Of a stretch of DNA of 64,000 nucleotides, positions 1 to 14,193 are shown piece after piece. The position numbers and the translations under genes are program-made. The number at the start of each line of letters is the position of its first letter. The first letter of the stretch is position 1. The DNA is taken from contig CAWDFQ010000011.1 in the NCBI GenBank assembly GCA_963801625.1, forward strand, positions 18,147-82,146, read 5' to 3'. Source of the DNA: an uncultured delta proteobacterium (GTDB lineage: Bacteria; Myxococcota_A; UBA9160; PR03). Below the pieces are notes generated by a model. That model worked only from the letters and a program-made list of their open reading frames with translations, was not told the DNA's origin and ran no database searches.

Positions 1-126
1 GGCCTGCTGATGGCGGGTCTATGGATCTGGCGGAAGGACTTGTTGAGCTGCGTCGTCGCCCACGCAACGACGAACGCGACGCTGGCGCTGTGGGTTCGCC
101 ACAGTGGCCAATGGAGCCTCTGGTGA
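1..126 (+). CDS. 3' end of CPBP/CAAX prenyl protease-related membrane protein (partial)
   Basis: Frame 1 reads GLLMAGLWIWRKDLLSCVVAHATTNATLALWVRHSGQWSLW*; AHxxxN motif and W-x-L-W end typical of CAAX protease-related proteins. Confidence 0.7.
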   Translation, partial: GLLMAGLWIWRKDLLSCVVAHATTNATLALWVRHSGQWSLW

Positions 127-159
127 GCCCCCGGTTCGGTCGATAACAGTTTGACAATA

Positions 160-187
160 TTGACGTATCCCTGAACTCGGATACGGT
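160..187 (+). promoter_or_regulatory. Putative sigma70 promoter of metH with overlapping palindrome
   Basis: TTGACG(160-165)-N16-TACGGT(182-187); inverted repeat CGTATCC(164-170)-N8-GGATACG(179-185); a second TTGACA at 151-156. Confidence 0.45.
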
Positions 188-216
188 GATGAATCAATCG
201 GACGGGAGGAACCTCG

Positions 217-3896
<3,680 letters not shown>

Positions 3897-3900
<4 letters not shown>

Positions 3901-4620
3901 CCCGCGCGCTGGTGTTCGTCACCGGCGGTTCGAGCGGGATCGGCCGCGCGATGATCGACACGCTGCCCTTCCCCGATGCACGCGTTCTCAACTTCGCGCG
4001 GCGCAGCGCGCCTGGGAGCGAGCACGTCGCCGTGGATCTCGCAGACCCGGCGCAGTGGCAACGCGTGGCGGCCGTGTTCGAGTCTGCGCTGCGCGACTTC
4101 GCGGGCGACCGCGTCGTGTTCGTACACGCCGCCGGCACGCTCACGCCGATCCGTTTCGCGGGCGAAGGCGGCGCCGCCGACTACCAGCGCAACGTGCTGC
4201 TCAACTCCGCCGCGCCGCAAGTGCTCGGCGACGCCTTGCTGCGCGCGCTGCGCGCGACGGACGCCCCGGCCGACCTGCTCTTCATCGGCTCGGGTGCCTC
4301 GAAGTCGGTCTATGAAGGCTGGTCGGGATACTGCGCCGGCAAGGCTGCCGTCGATCACTGGACGCGCACGGTGGGCGCCGAGCAGGCGCGCCGCGGCGCG
4401 CGGCGCCGGATCCTGTGCGTGGCGCCCGGCGTGGTCGCGACCCCGATGCAGGAGGAGATCCGCGACGACGCCGCCGCGCGATTTCCCGGAGGTCGCACGC
4501 TTCCTCGCTCTGCACGGCGGCGGCGCGCTGCGCGATCCCGTCGCCGTCGCGCGCGAGTTGTGGGCCGTCCTCGATCGCGACCTGCCCAACGGTTCCGTTC
4601 TCGACATCCGCAGCGGCTGA
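3897..4620 (+). CDS. Short-chain dehydrogenase/reductase (sepiapterin/benzil reductase-like), frameshift near 4465
   Basis: TGGSSGIG Rossmann motif, YCAGK catalytic motif, [10 protein letters not shown]; GTG start overlaps the metH stop. Confidence 0.85.
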
Positions 4621-4647
4621 CACTGTTCCGCGACGCTGGCGCGAGGC

Positions 4648-5868
4648 TCAACTCCACAGGCCGGGTTCGCGGGCGCGGTCCGCGGCAAAGCCAGGGAGGA
4701 CGACGTTCGGGTCGGCGACCCCCAGGTGACGGCGCAAGACTTCGGCGAAGACGTCGCGGAAGTCGGTGGTCACGGCGAGGTCGCGGCCCTCGAAGAGATT
4801 CTCGGGTGCGAGGCCGGGCCACTGGCGGTCCTTGGTCAGGACGCGACCACCATGCACGCCGCCGCCGAGCGCGAACATCACGCTCCCGTGGCCATGGTCC
4901 GCGCCACCGCCGCCGTTCTCGGCGGCGGTTCGGCCGAACTCGGTCATGACGAGCGTCAGCGTACGCGACGCGTCGGCACCGAGATCCTGCTGGAAGGCTG
5001 CGAGTGCGCCGGCGAGCGTGCCCGCGATGGCCGGCATCCCGCCGTTGGCGTCGACGTGGTGATCGAAGCCGTTCAGATCGACCGTGAGCGCCCGCACGCC
5101 GACTGGCGACTTGATCAGTGCAGCGACATCGCGCAGCGAACGCGCAAAGTCCGTGTCCGGGTAGATCACCGGGGTCTCGCGCGGAACGGAGGCGACGACT
5201 GCCGCGGCCGCGAACATCTCTTCGGAGGCCTGGCTCAAGCGCCGATCGGGCCACGCATCGAAGATCGCCTGCCATGCCGAGACGCGCTCGGTGATCAGGA
5301 ATTTGCCGGGCTGGAAGGTATCGAGCGAGACGAGCGAGATCGTCTCGGCGCTACCTGCCAGGGCGAGCGTCTTGCTCGAACCGACTGACACGCCGGTGAA
5401 CTTGCCCGTCACGCTCTGGGTGGCGAGATAACGGTTGAGCCAGCCCGTCGTGACGCCATGCGCGCCGGGCGCCGCGGTCTCGATGGCGTCCTGCGCCGCG
5501 AAGTGCGAACGCGTCGGGTCGGGACTGCCGACCGCATGCAGAATGGCCAGTGAACCGTTCTGGTACAGCGGTCGGAGCGGCGCGAGCGACGGGTGCAGCG
5601 CGTAGAAGCCACCGATGTCGAGCGTGTCGCTCGGCGAGAGCTGGATCGTGGGCCGCAATGCGGCGTAATCAGGGTCGCCGTGGGGCACCACCAGCGAGAG
5701 GCCGTCGGCGCCGCCACGCAGGAAGATCGAGACGACGACGGGCTCGGTGCCGACGGCGCGACCCGGCCGGGCCCACACGGACGGCACGGCGAGCGCAACG
5801 AGCGTGGTGCCCGCGCCGCGGAGGAACTCGCGCCGGGAGAAGCGCGGTCGACGATCCTGGTTTCGCAT
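4648..5868 (-). CDS. DUF1501 family Tat-exported protein
   Basis: SRREFL twin-arginine signal, [35 protein letters not shown]. Confidence 0.9.
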   Translation of the reverse strand: MRNQDRRPRFSRREFLRGAGTTLVALAVPSVWARPGRAVGTEPVVVSIFLRGGADGLSLVVPHGDPDYAALRPTIQLSPSDTLDIGGFYALHPSLAPLRPLYQNGSLAILHAVGSPDPTRSHFAAQDAIETAAPGAHGVTTGWLNRYLATQSVTGKFTGVSVGSSKTLALAGSAETISLVSLDTFQPGKFLITERVSAWQAIFDAWPDRRLSQASEEMFAAAAVVASVPRETPVIYPDTDFARSLRDVAALIKSPVGVRALTVDLNGFDHHVDANGGMPAIAGTLAGALAAFQQDLGADASRTLTLVMTEFGRTAAENGGGGADHGHGSVMFALGGGVHGGRVLTKDRQWPGLAPENLFEGRDLAVTTDFRDVFAEVLRRHLGVADPNVVLPGFAADRAREPGLWS

Positions 5869-5879
5869 GCGCGATTCCT

Positions 5880-7309
5880 TCAGTGGTACTGGAACTCGGG
5901 GCTCGACAACACGAGTCCCGCCGTCTCGACCGCGCGAATATCCGGCGGGAGCACGGCGAGCCACTCCGCGTAGTCCACGATTGGTTGCAGGGTTCCACTG
6001 CTCAGGCGGGACAATGCCAACCGGGCCTTGATGCGGCCGATCAGTTCGAACGAAGGCTCCGAGCCGCTGACGTCCAGGTCGAGGCCTGCCGCCCTCGCGC
6101 GCCCCGCGGTGAGCCACACGAACTCCAAGCGGCTCAGCAGAGCGCCCGAGGCCAGCCATTGGGCGGAGTTCTCGGAATAGCCGCGCGGATCGCCCGCGTT
6201 GTAGGGAAGTTCGCCGAGCAGCCATAGATAGCTGCGGTAGAACCCGACGTCGTCCTGGATCTCGAGACGCAGGGCGCGGATCGTGCTCGCGATCAGCACC
6301 AGCGGTCGCTTCAGCTTCGTGCGCGGCGGTCGCGAGAGGAACGCATCAGAGAGCAGGATCGTGCGCATGACTTCACGCAGATCGCCGCGGGTGCGCAGGA
6401 AGGTGTCGGTCGCGGCATCGACGAGCGCCTGGGCGGATTCTCGTCGACGAAGCGACGAACCAGCTTTCTCGCGATTTGCGCCGCCGTGCTCGGATGCGCC
6501 GCGAGGTAGGCGAGCGCGCGACGGCCGTCGTCCTCTCCGCCATTGGCTCCGATCGCGAGCCCCATCACCTGCTTCGGGCCCTTGTCGTGAAGGCCGTCGA
6601 TGTAGGTGAACCCGTCCGGCTCTTCGAAGTCGACGCTCCAGCCCGTCAAGCAGCGCGCCAGCGCGATCACGTCCTGCTGCGTGTAACCGGCGTCGACACC
6701 GACCGTGTGCAGCTCGAGCAGCTCGCGCGCGTAGTTCTCGTTGATGCCCCGTTCCACGCCGCCGATGACCACGCCATCGCGGACGTTCTCCATGTTGTTC
6801 AGGTAGATCGCCATCGCCGGCGAGCGCGCCACCGCGACGAGCATGTCCTCGAAACGGCCGAGCACATGCGCGCGGATCACGTCGCGTTCGTAGGATCCGA
6901 CGGTGATGCCGTCGTTGCGGACGTGGAAATGGTTGAACCAGAAGTCGCTGAGGATCGCCTCGAGCTGCCGCTTCGAATACGCGGCGCGCAGGATCTTGGC
7001 GTCCATCGACTCCAGCATCGGGGCGTCGAGCGCGATCGTCTGGATGCTGGCGATGTCGGCAAGCGACATCCCCACCGTCGGGTAGGACGCGAGGCGCGCC
7101 TCGAAGGCCGAGTCGTCGATCGACGTGGGATCGAGCTGTTCTTCGATGAACGCCCGTGCGCCGATCTCGCGGATCCGACGCGTGTCCTCGGGCGACGGCC
7201 CATAGGCGATGCGGTCGAGTAGCGGACGAGGATCGATCCGGTCCGGTCCGATGCACGACGCGGACAGCGCCAGCGCGATCGCCGCGAGCAGGAACGGAGA
7301 TCGTCGCAT
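5880..7309 (-). CDS. DUF1800 family protein (lipoprotein-like signal), frameshift near 6430
   Basis: FWFNHF, SPAMAIYLNN, NENYARELLELHTVG, C-terminal SPEFQYH; LALSASC lipobox-like N-terminus; canonical partner of DUF1501. Confidence 0.9.
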
Positions 7310-7494
7310 GCGCCCCCCACGGGAGCATCATCGACCCGCCGCGGCTCTCATTGAGGGGAAAACCCTTCGCCGTAGGTCGCTGCGCGAGTACAAGAGGGAA
7401 TTTGCGTGGCAAGCGCTGAGCATCTTGCGTCGGCGCTTCCGCCGCTCGAACACGCCGCTCACCCCTCTTCGCGCGCGCTCGCCTGCTGGGATTC

Positions 7495-8301
7495 TCAGCG
7501 ACCCTTGAACTCGTCCATCGAGGCATTCACGCCGAGGAAGCTGGCGAGCCAGTCGAAGGCGCCGACCGGGAGGACGCGCAGCAGCGGGAGCAGGCGGACG
7601 GCGGGCGGCATCAATAGCCGGCGCTTGTCGCGCTGGATGCAGTCGACGATGCGCGCGGCGACCTCGTTTTCGTCGAGGATCGGCAGCAGCCACGGAAACC
7701 GCGACTTCACGCCGCGGAACATGCCGGTGTCGATGTAGTACGGGCAGACGACCGTGGTCTGGATGCTCGGCGCGATCTGGCGCAGCTCGGCGCGCAGCGA
7801 CTCGTCGAAGCCCATCGCCGCCCACTTGCTGGCGGCGTAGTCGGAGAGCTTCGCGACGCCGACCAGCGCCGACGCCGAGGCGATCGTGACGATGTGCCCG
7901 CGGCGCTGCTCGATCATCTGCGGCAGGAACGCCTTCGTCGCCCAGAAGAGGCTCAGCGTGTTGATCGCGAAGGTGGCCTCGATCTTCTCGTCGGGGAGCT
8001 CGAGGAGGCTGCGACCGCTGACCACGCCGGCGTTGTTGATCAGGATGTCCACGGCGCCCGCCGCGGCCGTCGTCGCCGCGGCGACGCGGTAGACGTCCTC
8101 GCGTTTCGCCACGTCGCAGCGGAAGCCGCGCGCCGGCTCCGGTCCGGACGCGAGCTCGGCGACCACCTTGTCGAGCTTCTCGCGGTCGATGTCCCAGACG
8201 CTGATGCGGCCGCCGCGCGCCGCCAGCTCGAGGGCCATCAGGCGGCCGATCCCGCTCGCGCCACCCGTTATCAGGATGTGCCGCCCCGCGATCTCGCTCA
8301 T
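7495..8301 (-). CDS. SDR oxidoreductase (retinol/17beta-HSD11-like)
   Basis: TGGASGIG, INNAGVV, YAASK, CPYYIDTGMF. Confidence 0.9.
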   Translation of the reverse strand: MSEIAGRHILITGGASGIGRLMALELAARGGRISVWDIDREKLDKVVAELASGPEPARGFRCDVAKREDVYRVAAATTAAAGAVDILINNAGVVSGRSLLELPDEKIEATFAINTLSLFWATKAFLPQMIEQRRGHIVTIASASALVGVAKLSDYAASKWAAMGFDESLRAELRQIAPSIQTTVVCPYYIDTGMFRGVKSRFPWLLPILDENEVAARIVDCIQRDKRRLLMPPAVRLLPLLRVLPVGAFDWLASFLGVNASMDEFKGR

Positions 8302-8340
8302 CTGACGCTCCTTCCCCGGACTCGCACCGAGCGTCCGCGC

Positions 8341-8604
8341 TCAGCCGCCCGCCGCGGCCTTCACGAACGCGACGGTGTCGCCGTCGCGAACGGGCGTCTT
8401 CATGCCGCGCTTGTAGTTCACGAGCACGCCGTTCACCGCCACCGCGGCGACGCGCGTGAGCTCGTCGTAGCGCGCGGGCGCGCCGGCGAAGCGTTCGCGC
8501 GTCATGCGCAGCACGTCGGCGACCGTCTGCGCGCCCTCGAACTCGAGGCGCTGCGCGCCGAGTTCTTTCGCCATCGCATATGTGAGCTGCACCGAGACGG
8601 GCAT
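8341..8604 (-). CDS. MoaD/ThiS family sulfur carrier
   Basis: ~87 aa ubiquitin-like protein ending in AAGG; directly downstream of AOR. Confidence 0.85.
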   Translation of the reverse strand: MPVSVQLTYAMAKELGAQRLEFEGAQTVADVLRMTRERFAGAPARYDELTRVAAVAVNGVLVNYKRGMKTPVRDGDTVAFVKAAAGG

Positions 8605-8612
8605 CGTTCCTC

Positions 8613-10499
8613 CTAGACCCGCACCTGCAGTTTGTCGAGGGTGCGGCGCAGCGGCACGCCGTCCACACTCCAACCGCGCTTCTTGTAGTAGCGCGGCAAC
8701 AGCAGGTGCAGCGGATGGCCCGAGTCCATGCCCGGGAAGGTCGATTCATGGAGGATGCGCGGCGGCAGCGTGTCGTCCGCCCCGGTGAGTCCTTCGCGCA
8801 GGTTGTAGATGCGCTCGAGGTTGAAGATGCGCGCGCCGATCTCCTGGAGGTGCCCCGACGAGAAGGTCGTGCCGGTGATGTAGGTGAGCCACTTCTCGAA
8901 CCAGAGCATCGGCTTGCCCTTGATCCCCATCGCCCCGCGCAGCACTGCGCCCGGCAGGTTCTCGAAGGCGAACGCGAGCGCGCGATACTTGAACGAGCTC
9001 GGATTCATTTCGTGCACCGCTTTGGGGATCATCCCGTAGGTGGTGAAGATGCACAGCACCATCGAGTTGATCGCGCACGCGATGTTCTGCTGCATGATCG
9101 GGATGTCGGCCTTGAGCTTCAGGTTCTGCGGGTTGATGGTGAGCGGGCCGACCGACTCCATGTACATGCTCGCGCCCTGCACGTGGCAGCCGCCGCGGTT
9201 GGTGGTGGCGTACTCGACGCCCTGGGCGAACGAGCCGCGCGGGTCGTAGGCCGAGAGCTCGAGGCCCTTCACGTGCATCGCGAAGTCGTTGCCGCCGTAC
9301 TTCGCCGCGAGCCGCTTGGTGCCGTCGGCCAGCTCGGCGCCGAGCCCGCGGCGATGGCCGATGTCCTGGATCAGCTCGGTCACGCCGGCCTGTTCGCCGA
9401 AATGGAGCTTCGCGTCGAGCATGCCGCGCTCGACCAGTTCCATCGCGAACGACAGCGTCGCACCGAGGCTGATCGTGTCCATGCCGAGGTCGTCGGCGTG
9501 GTAGTTCCACTCGGCCACCTTCTTGATGTCGCCGATTTCGAGATTCGATCCCATCAGCGCGAGCGTCTCGTACTCGGGGCCCTTCACGATGCCGACGCCT
9601 TCCACCTCTACGTCACGCCCGCAGGTGACGGGGCAGTGGATGCAGCTCGTCTTCACGCCCTTCAGCCCGTGGTCTTCCAGAAACTCGCCGGAGAGGTCCA
9701 TCGCCCGCTCGAAGTGGCCCTTCTGGAAGTTCCGCGTCGGGAGGATGTTGCGGCCGTTGGTGGTGTTGACGATCCCGCCGGTGCCGAAACGCTTCATGCT
9801 CTCGCCGAGCACCGGATGGTCTTCGAAGAGCTTGCGCACCTCTTTGGTGTATGCCTTGAACTTCTCGGGATCCTCCATGTCGAGCTTGCGCGATCCGCGC
9901 ACCGAGACCGCCTTCAGCAGCTTCGATCCCATCACCGCGCCGACGCCCGTTCGGCCCGCGATGCGCTCGTTGCTCACGATGCCCGCGAAGAGCACCAGGT
10001 TTTCGCCCGCCGGCCCGATCACCGCATGCTGGTGTTTGCGCGACAGAAGCTTCTGGGTGGCGTAGGTGCCCTTGCCCCAGAGATCGCCGGCGTCGAGAAA
10101 CTCGACGGCGTCCCGGTCGCCGTCGATCTCGAGGCGCAGCGGCCGTTCCGCGCGATCCTTGACGATCAGGATGTCGATGCCGGCCTTCTTCATGCCCAGC
10201 GCGAAGGAGCCGCCGCAGGTCGCGTTGCCGATGCCACCGGTGAGGGGGCTCTTGCAGATCACCGCGAAGCGATTCGACTGGGGCGCAACCGAGCCGTTGA
10301 GCGGCCCGGTCGCGAAGATCAGCAGGTTCTCCGGACCGAGCGGATCGATGCCGGCGGGCGTGCGGTCGTAGAGCAGGCGCGTCCCATAGCCCTTGCCCCC
10401 GATGTAGAGGCGCGCCGTTTCCTCGTCGAGCGGCGCGAAGAAGAAGCTGCGCGCTCGGAGATCGACCTCGAGGACGCGGCCGGCGTAACCCTTGATCAT
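8613..10499 (-). CDS. aor: Aldehyde ferredoxin oxidoreductase family (W/Mo pterin enzyme)
   Basis: GYAGRVLEVDL, KSPLTG, GRTGVGAVMGSKLLKAV, CIHCPVTC, GPEYET, DDLGMDTIS, RGGCH. Confidence 0.93.
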   Translation of the reverse strand: MIKGYAGRVLEVDLRARSFFFAPLDEETARLYIGGKGYGTRLLYDRTPAGIDPLGPENLLIFATGPLNGSVAPQSNRFAVICKSPLTGGIGNATCGGSFALGMKKAGIDILIVKDRAERPLRLEIDGDRDAVEFLDAGDLWGKGTYATQKLLSRKHQHAVIGPAGENLVLFAGIVSNERIAGRTGVGAVMGSKLLKAVSVRGSRKLDMEDPEKFKAYTKEVRKLFEDHPVLGESMKRFGTGGIVNTTNGRNILPTRNFQKGHFERAMDLSGEFLEDHGLKGVKTSCIHCPVTCGRDVEVEGVGIVKGPEYETLALMGSNLEIGDIKKVAEWNYHADDLGMDTISLGATLSFAMELVERGMLDAKLHFGEQAGVTELIQDIGHRRGLGAELADGTKRLAAKYGGNDFAMHVKGLELSAYDPRGSFAQGVEYATTNRGGCHVQGASMYMESVGPLTINPQNLKLKADIPIMQQNIACAINSMVLCIFTTYGMIPKAVHEMNPSSFKYRALAFAFENLPGAVLRGAMGIKGKPMLWFEKWLTYITGTTFSSGHLQEIGARIFNLERIYNLREGLTGADDTLPPRILHESTFPGMDSGHPLHLLLPRYYKKRGWSVDGVPLRRTLDKLQVRV

Positions 10500-10587
10500 G
10501 GAACGGCTCCCGGGTGCGGATCGCCGGCGAAGATGGCGGTCGGGGGCCGGCGCGGCAAGCGCTGCCGGCCGCTGCGCCGCGGCGCGT

Positions 10588-11196
10588 TCATGGCGCGTTC
10601 TCGGCGCACCACTTCGCGACTTCGTCGAGCACGCGGGTCACCGCCCGGTTGGCGGCGACGACGCCGCCGTACGGATCGTCGGACGCGGCGGCCTCGACGG
10701 CTTCGAAGGTCGAATCCGCGAGCACGCGGCGCGCGCCGGGGTCGAGGAGCCGCGCCCGGAGCGTGAAGCGCAACTGACTCGGGTGCGCGCTGAACTCCTG
10801 CTGGAGCACGACCACCTCGGTCTCGAGACGCAGCGGCGCAGCGACGCGCTCACCGCTCTGCACCGCGTCGAAGCGCCCTCCCCGTTCGAGGGCATCCGCG
10901 AGCAGCGGGGCGAGCATCCGCGCGGGAGCATCCACCCATTGGTGTCGGGCGAAGAACTGGAGTTCATGGGGCCGCGTCACGTACGCCATGCGAGGTCCGT
11001 CGAAGCCGGGTCGCGCCCCGGGTGGCGCGACCTCGATCGTCCGTGCGGCGACGCCGTGCGAGGGCGCGCTCTCGGGAGGCGGCGCGAGGGCGAAGAGGCT
11101 CGGCGGCGCCGCTCCCGGGGACGCGAGCAGCGCGCAACCCCCGAGCGCGAGAACGAGCAGCGCGAGCGGCGCGAGTGTCGGCAGCAAAGGCTTCAC
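10588..11196 (-). CDS. ABC-type transport auxiliary lipoprotein (PqiC-like)
   Basis: Lipobox LGGC, FARHQWVDAPARML; last gene of the Mla-type operon. Confidence 0.85.
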   Translation of the reverse strand: MKPLLPTLAPLALLVLALGGCALLASPGAAPPSLFALAPPPESAPSHGVAARTIEVAPPGARPGFDGPRMAYVTRPHELQFFARHQWVDAPARMLAPLLADALERGGRFDAVQSGERVAAPLRLETEVVVLQQEFSAHPSQLRFTLRARLLDPGARRVLADSTFEAVEAAASDDPYGGVVAANRAVTRVLDEVAKWCAENAP

Positions 11197-11206
11197 TTCG
11201 ATCCTC

Positions 11207-12112
11207 TCACTCTCCGGGCCCGGGCGGCGTCGGCTGCCGCCCCACCAGGAGTGCATTGGGACTGCGCTCGAGTTGCTGCGCCAGCTGTTCGAGCGAGCCC
11301 GTGGCCGCACGCGCATCGGCGAGCAGCCGCTGCAACGCCGGCAGCGTGTCGGTGCGGAACTGTTGCACGCCGCCCGTCGCGTCGCTCGCCGTCGCGCGCA
11401 ACGCCTCGGCCGCGCGGCCGAGGGCGTCCGCGCTGCGACCGACCTGCCTCGTGAACTCCGGTAGTTGCGCACTCGCGCGGGCGCTGTTCTCCAGCGTTCG
11501 CGCCGCATCGGCCAGCGCCGCGTCGATCACCTGCGAGCGCCCGGCGATCGTGTGCACGACGGTGTCGAGGTCGCGGGCCGTGCGCTGCAGCGCCGTGCGC
11601 GTTTCCACGTCGAAGAGCTGGTTGACGCTCTGCGCCGCGCGCGAAAGATCGGCGACGAGCGCGGTCACCTGCGTGTCGAGCCTCCGGAACAGCGAGGGTC
11701 GCGTCGCGATCACGGGGAATTCGCCGGGCCGCGCTGGCGCTAGCAGAGGCGACTCCTTCGAACCGCCCTCGAGATCGAGAAAGGCGATCCCGGTGAGGCC
11801 CTGCACGCTGAGCACCGCCACGGTGTCCTGCTTGATCGGGACGCCGTGCTCGATCGCGAGCACCAGCCGGACGTTCTGTGGATCCTCGGGATCGAGTTCG
11901 ATCTCGCGCACCGCCCCCACCTCGACGCCCTTGTACTTGACCGGCGCCTGGCGGTTGAGGCCCGACACCGACTCGTTCGGGTAGGCCAGGTAGGTGTCGT
12001 AGTCCTTGCGGGTCGTTCCTCCTGCGGAGATCCACAGCACGCCCGCAACGATCGCGACCGACAGCGTCAGCACGAAGGCGCCGACGAGCGCGAAGTTCAC
12101 TTTGGTTTCCAT
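11207..12112 (-). CDS. mlaD: MlaD/MCE-family protein
   Basis: N-terminal TM, SVSGL..APVKYKGVEVGAV, QGLTG, helical C-terminal extension. Confidence 0.88.
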   Translation of the reverse strand: METKVNFALVGAFVLTLSVAIVAGVLWISAGGTTRKDYDTYLAYPNESVSGLNRQAPVKYKGVEVGAVREIELDPEDPQNVRLVLAIEHGVPIKQDTVAVLSVQGLTGIAFLDLEGGSKESPLLAPARPGEFPVIATRPSLFRRLDTQVTALVADLSRAAQSVNQLFDVETRTALQRTARDLDTVVHTIAGRSQVIDAALADAARTLENSARASAQLPEFTRQVGRSADALGRAAEALRATASDATGGVQQFRTDTLPALQRLLADARAATGSLEQLAQQLERSPNALLVGRQPTPPGPGE

Positions 12113-12891
12113 GCTTGCTCCCAGGCCCCTCGGCCGCGCGCTCCATGGAAGTATTCCCGCACCAGCGGCTCCTCCGTGGTCGAGAGCGCTTGCATCGTGC
12201 CGACGCCAGCGATCCGCCCGGCAACCATGAAAGCGACACGATCCGCCACGCGCCAGAGTAGATCGAGATCGTGGGTCACCATGAAGATCGTGAGGCCGAG
12301 CAGTTCCTTCAGGTGCTTCACCAACTCGTCGAAGCCGCCGGCGCTGAGCGGATCGAGTCCGGCGGTCGGCTCGTCGAGGAAGAGCAGCTTCGGATCGAGC
12401 GCGATCGCCCGCGCCAGCGCCGCGCGCTTGCGCATGCCTCCCGAGAGCTCCGCCGGATACTTCGGTCCGGCGCTCGGCGGCAGTCCCGTGAGCGCGATCT
12501 TCAGGGCGGCGATCTCGTCGATCAGGCGGTCGCCGAGCCGCGTGTGCTCGCGAAGCGGCAGTCCGACGTTTTCGCTCACCGTGAGCGAGCTGAACAGCGC
12601 GCCACGCTCGAACAGGACGCCCCAGTTCCGCCGCAGTGGCAGCGCGTGCTCGTCGTCGAGCCCCACGACGTCGCGTCCCAGCACGCGGATCGAGCCGGCG
12701 TCCGGCTGCTGCAGCAGGATGATCTCGCGCAGCAGCGTGGACTTTCCGCAGCCGCTCGCCCCCGCGAGCGCGAAGATCTCGCCATCGCGCACCTCGAGGT
12801 TCACGCCGTCGTGTACGACCGCGTCGCCGAAACGCGTGCGCAGGTCGCGTACCTCGATGACCGGTTCGGCTGCGTGGCTCGTCGCGGTCAT
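12097..12891 (-). CDS. mlaF: MlaF-type ABC ATPase
   Basis: GASGCGKS, LSGGMRKRAALARA, FLDEPTAGLDP. Confidence 0.9.
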   Translation of the reverse strand: MTATSHAAEPVIEVRDLRTRFGDAVVHDGVNLEVRDGEIFALAGASGCGKSTLLREIILLQQPDAGSIRVLGRDVVGLDDEHALPLRRNWGVLFERGALFSSLTVSENVGLPLREHTRLGDRLIDEIAALKIALTGLPPSAGPKYPAELSGGMRKRAALARAIALDPKLLFLDEPTAGLDPLSAGGFDELVKHLKELLGLTIFMVTHDLDLLWRVADRVAFMVAGRIAGVGTMQALSTTEEPLVREYFHGARGRGAWEQAWKPK

Positions 12892-12892
12892 C

Positions 12893-14047
12893 TCAGATCC
12901 CGAGGTAGTTGAAGACGACGGAGAACAGCGAGTCGGCCACGATCACCAGGAAGATCGACTGCACCACGCTGATCGTCGTGCGGCGCCCGACGCTCTCCGC
13001 GTCGCCGGTCACCTGGAATCCCTGGAAGCATCCGACCACCGCAATGATCGCGGCAAAGACCGGAGCCTTGCCGATGCCCACCAGGAAATCCGAGAGGAGC
13101 AGCGCGTATTGGAGGCGATCGACGAAGTCCGGGTAGCTCACGCCGAGTTCGCTCTTCGCCATCACCATGCCGCCCGCGACGCCGAGCATGTCCGCATACA
13201 CGGTGAGCAGTGGCAACGCGATCACGAGCGCGAGGATCTTCGGCAGCACGAGCAGCTCGAGCGGAGCAATGCCCACCGTGCGCAGCGCGTCGATCTCCTC
13301 GGTGACCTTCATCGTCCCGATCTGCGCGGCGTAGGCGGATCCCGAGCGCCCGGCGACAATGATCGCCGTGAGCAGGGGAGAGAGCTCCCGCAACATGGCC
13401 AGACCCACGAGGTCCACCACGAAGATGTTGGCGCCGTAGCGGCGGAACTGCGTCGCGCCCTGGTAGGAAATCACGATGCCCATCAGGAAGCAGAGCAGCC
13501 CGGTGATCGGCAGCGCGTCGAAGCCCGCCGTGCGGACGTTGTAGAGCACCGTCTTCCAGCGGATCCGCGCCGGTTGGGAAGCCGAGCGGAAGGCCGAGCG
13601 CGCGACTTCACCGATGAACGCGAGCGTCTCGAAGAGCTGGCGCCCCGCGTCCCAGGCGAATACGCCGATCCGCTCCAGAAGCGGCGCCGCTGCTGCGCTC
13701 GCCGCACCCGCCGTCCCGACGCCGGTCGCCTCGACCATCTCGAGCAGCGCCCTGTGCTCGGGGCGGAGCCCGTGCAGCGAGACGCGAACTCCGTCGCGCT
13801 CGGTTGTTCGGAGCAGTCGCCATACCAGCCACGCACCCGCCGTGTCCATCGCGGTCACGGCGGCGCCGTCGAGTTCGATCGCTGCGCCCCGGGGCCAGAC
13901 GGCGTGCGCGAGCCGATCCTCGAGCCGCGCGATGCGGCCGACCGTCCATGCGCCGACGCAGCGCACGCCGCCCTCCGTGACTTCGACGTGAGCGTCCGCG
14001 TCCGGTGCCGCAGTCGATCGCGGCGGCAGATGGTCTCCGATCGCCAC
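12893..14047 (-). CDS. mlaE: MlaE permease with N-terminal STAS domain
   Basis: MDTAGA STAS motif; RELSPLLTAIIVAGRSGSAYAAQIGTMKVTEEIDAL. Confidence 0.92.
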   Translation of the reverse strand: MAIGDHLPPRSTAAPDADAHVEVTEGGVRCVGAWTVGRIARLEDRLAHAVWPRGAAIELDGAAVTAMDTAGAWLVWRLLRTTERDGVRVSLHGLRPEHRALLEMVEATGVGTAGAASAAAAPLLERIGVFAWDAGRQLFETLAFIGEVARSAFRSASQPARIRWKTVLYNVRTAGFDALPITGLLCFLMGIVISYQGATQFRRYGANIFVVDLVGLAMLRELSPLLTAIIVAGRSGSAYAAQIGTMKVTEEIDALRTVGIAPLELLVLPKILALVIALPLLTVYADMLGVAGGMVMAKSELGVSYPDFVDRLQYALLLSDFLVGIGKAPVFAAIIAVVGCFQGFQVTGDAESVGRRTTISVVQSIFLVIVADSLFSVVFNYLGI

Positions 14048-14193
14048 GCGCGAAGCCTAGCCGGGATTGCCAGCCGCGGTGTGCGCGCAGCAAGCTTGTT
14101 CCCGCAGCTGTGCCCCGCCGATCGAAGCGACCAGATCGCCGGATCGCGGCGTGCTACATGCTGATGGCGCCCCCACCCACCAGGAGTCCTCGC

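Noticed and set aside
127-216. SAM or cobalamin riboswitch upstream of metH
   Set aside because: Only about 25 nt between the putative -10 and the start codon, and no recognisable conserved core
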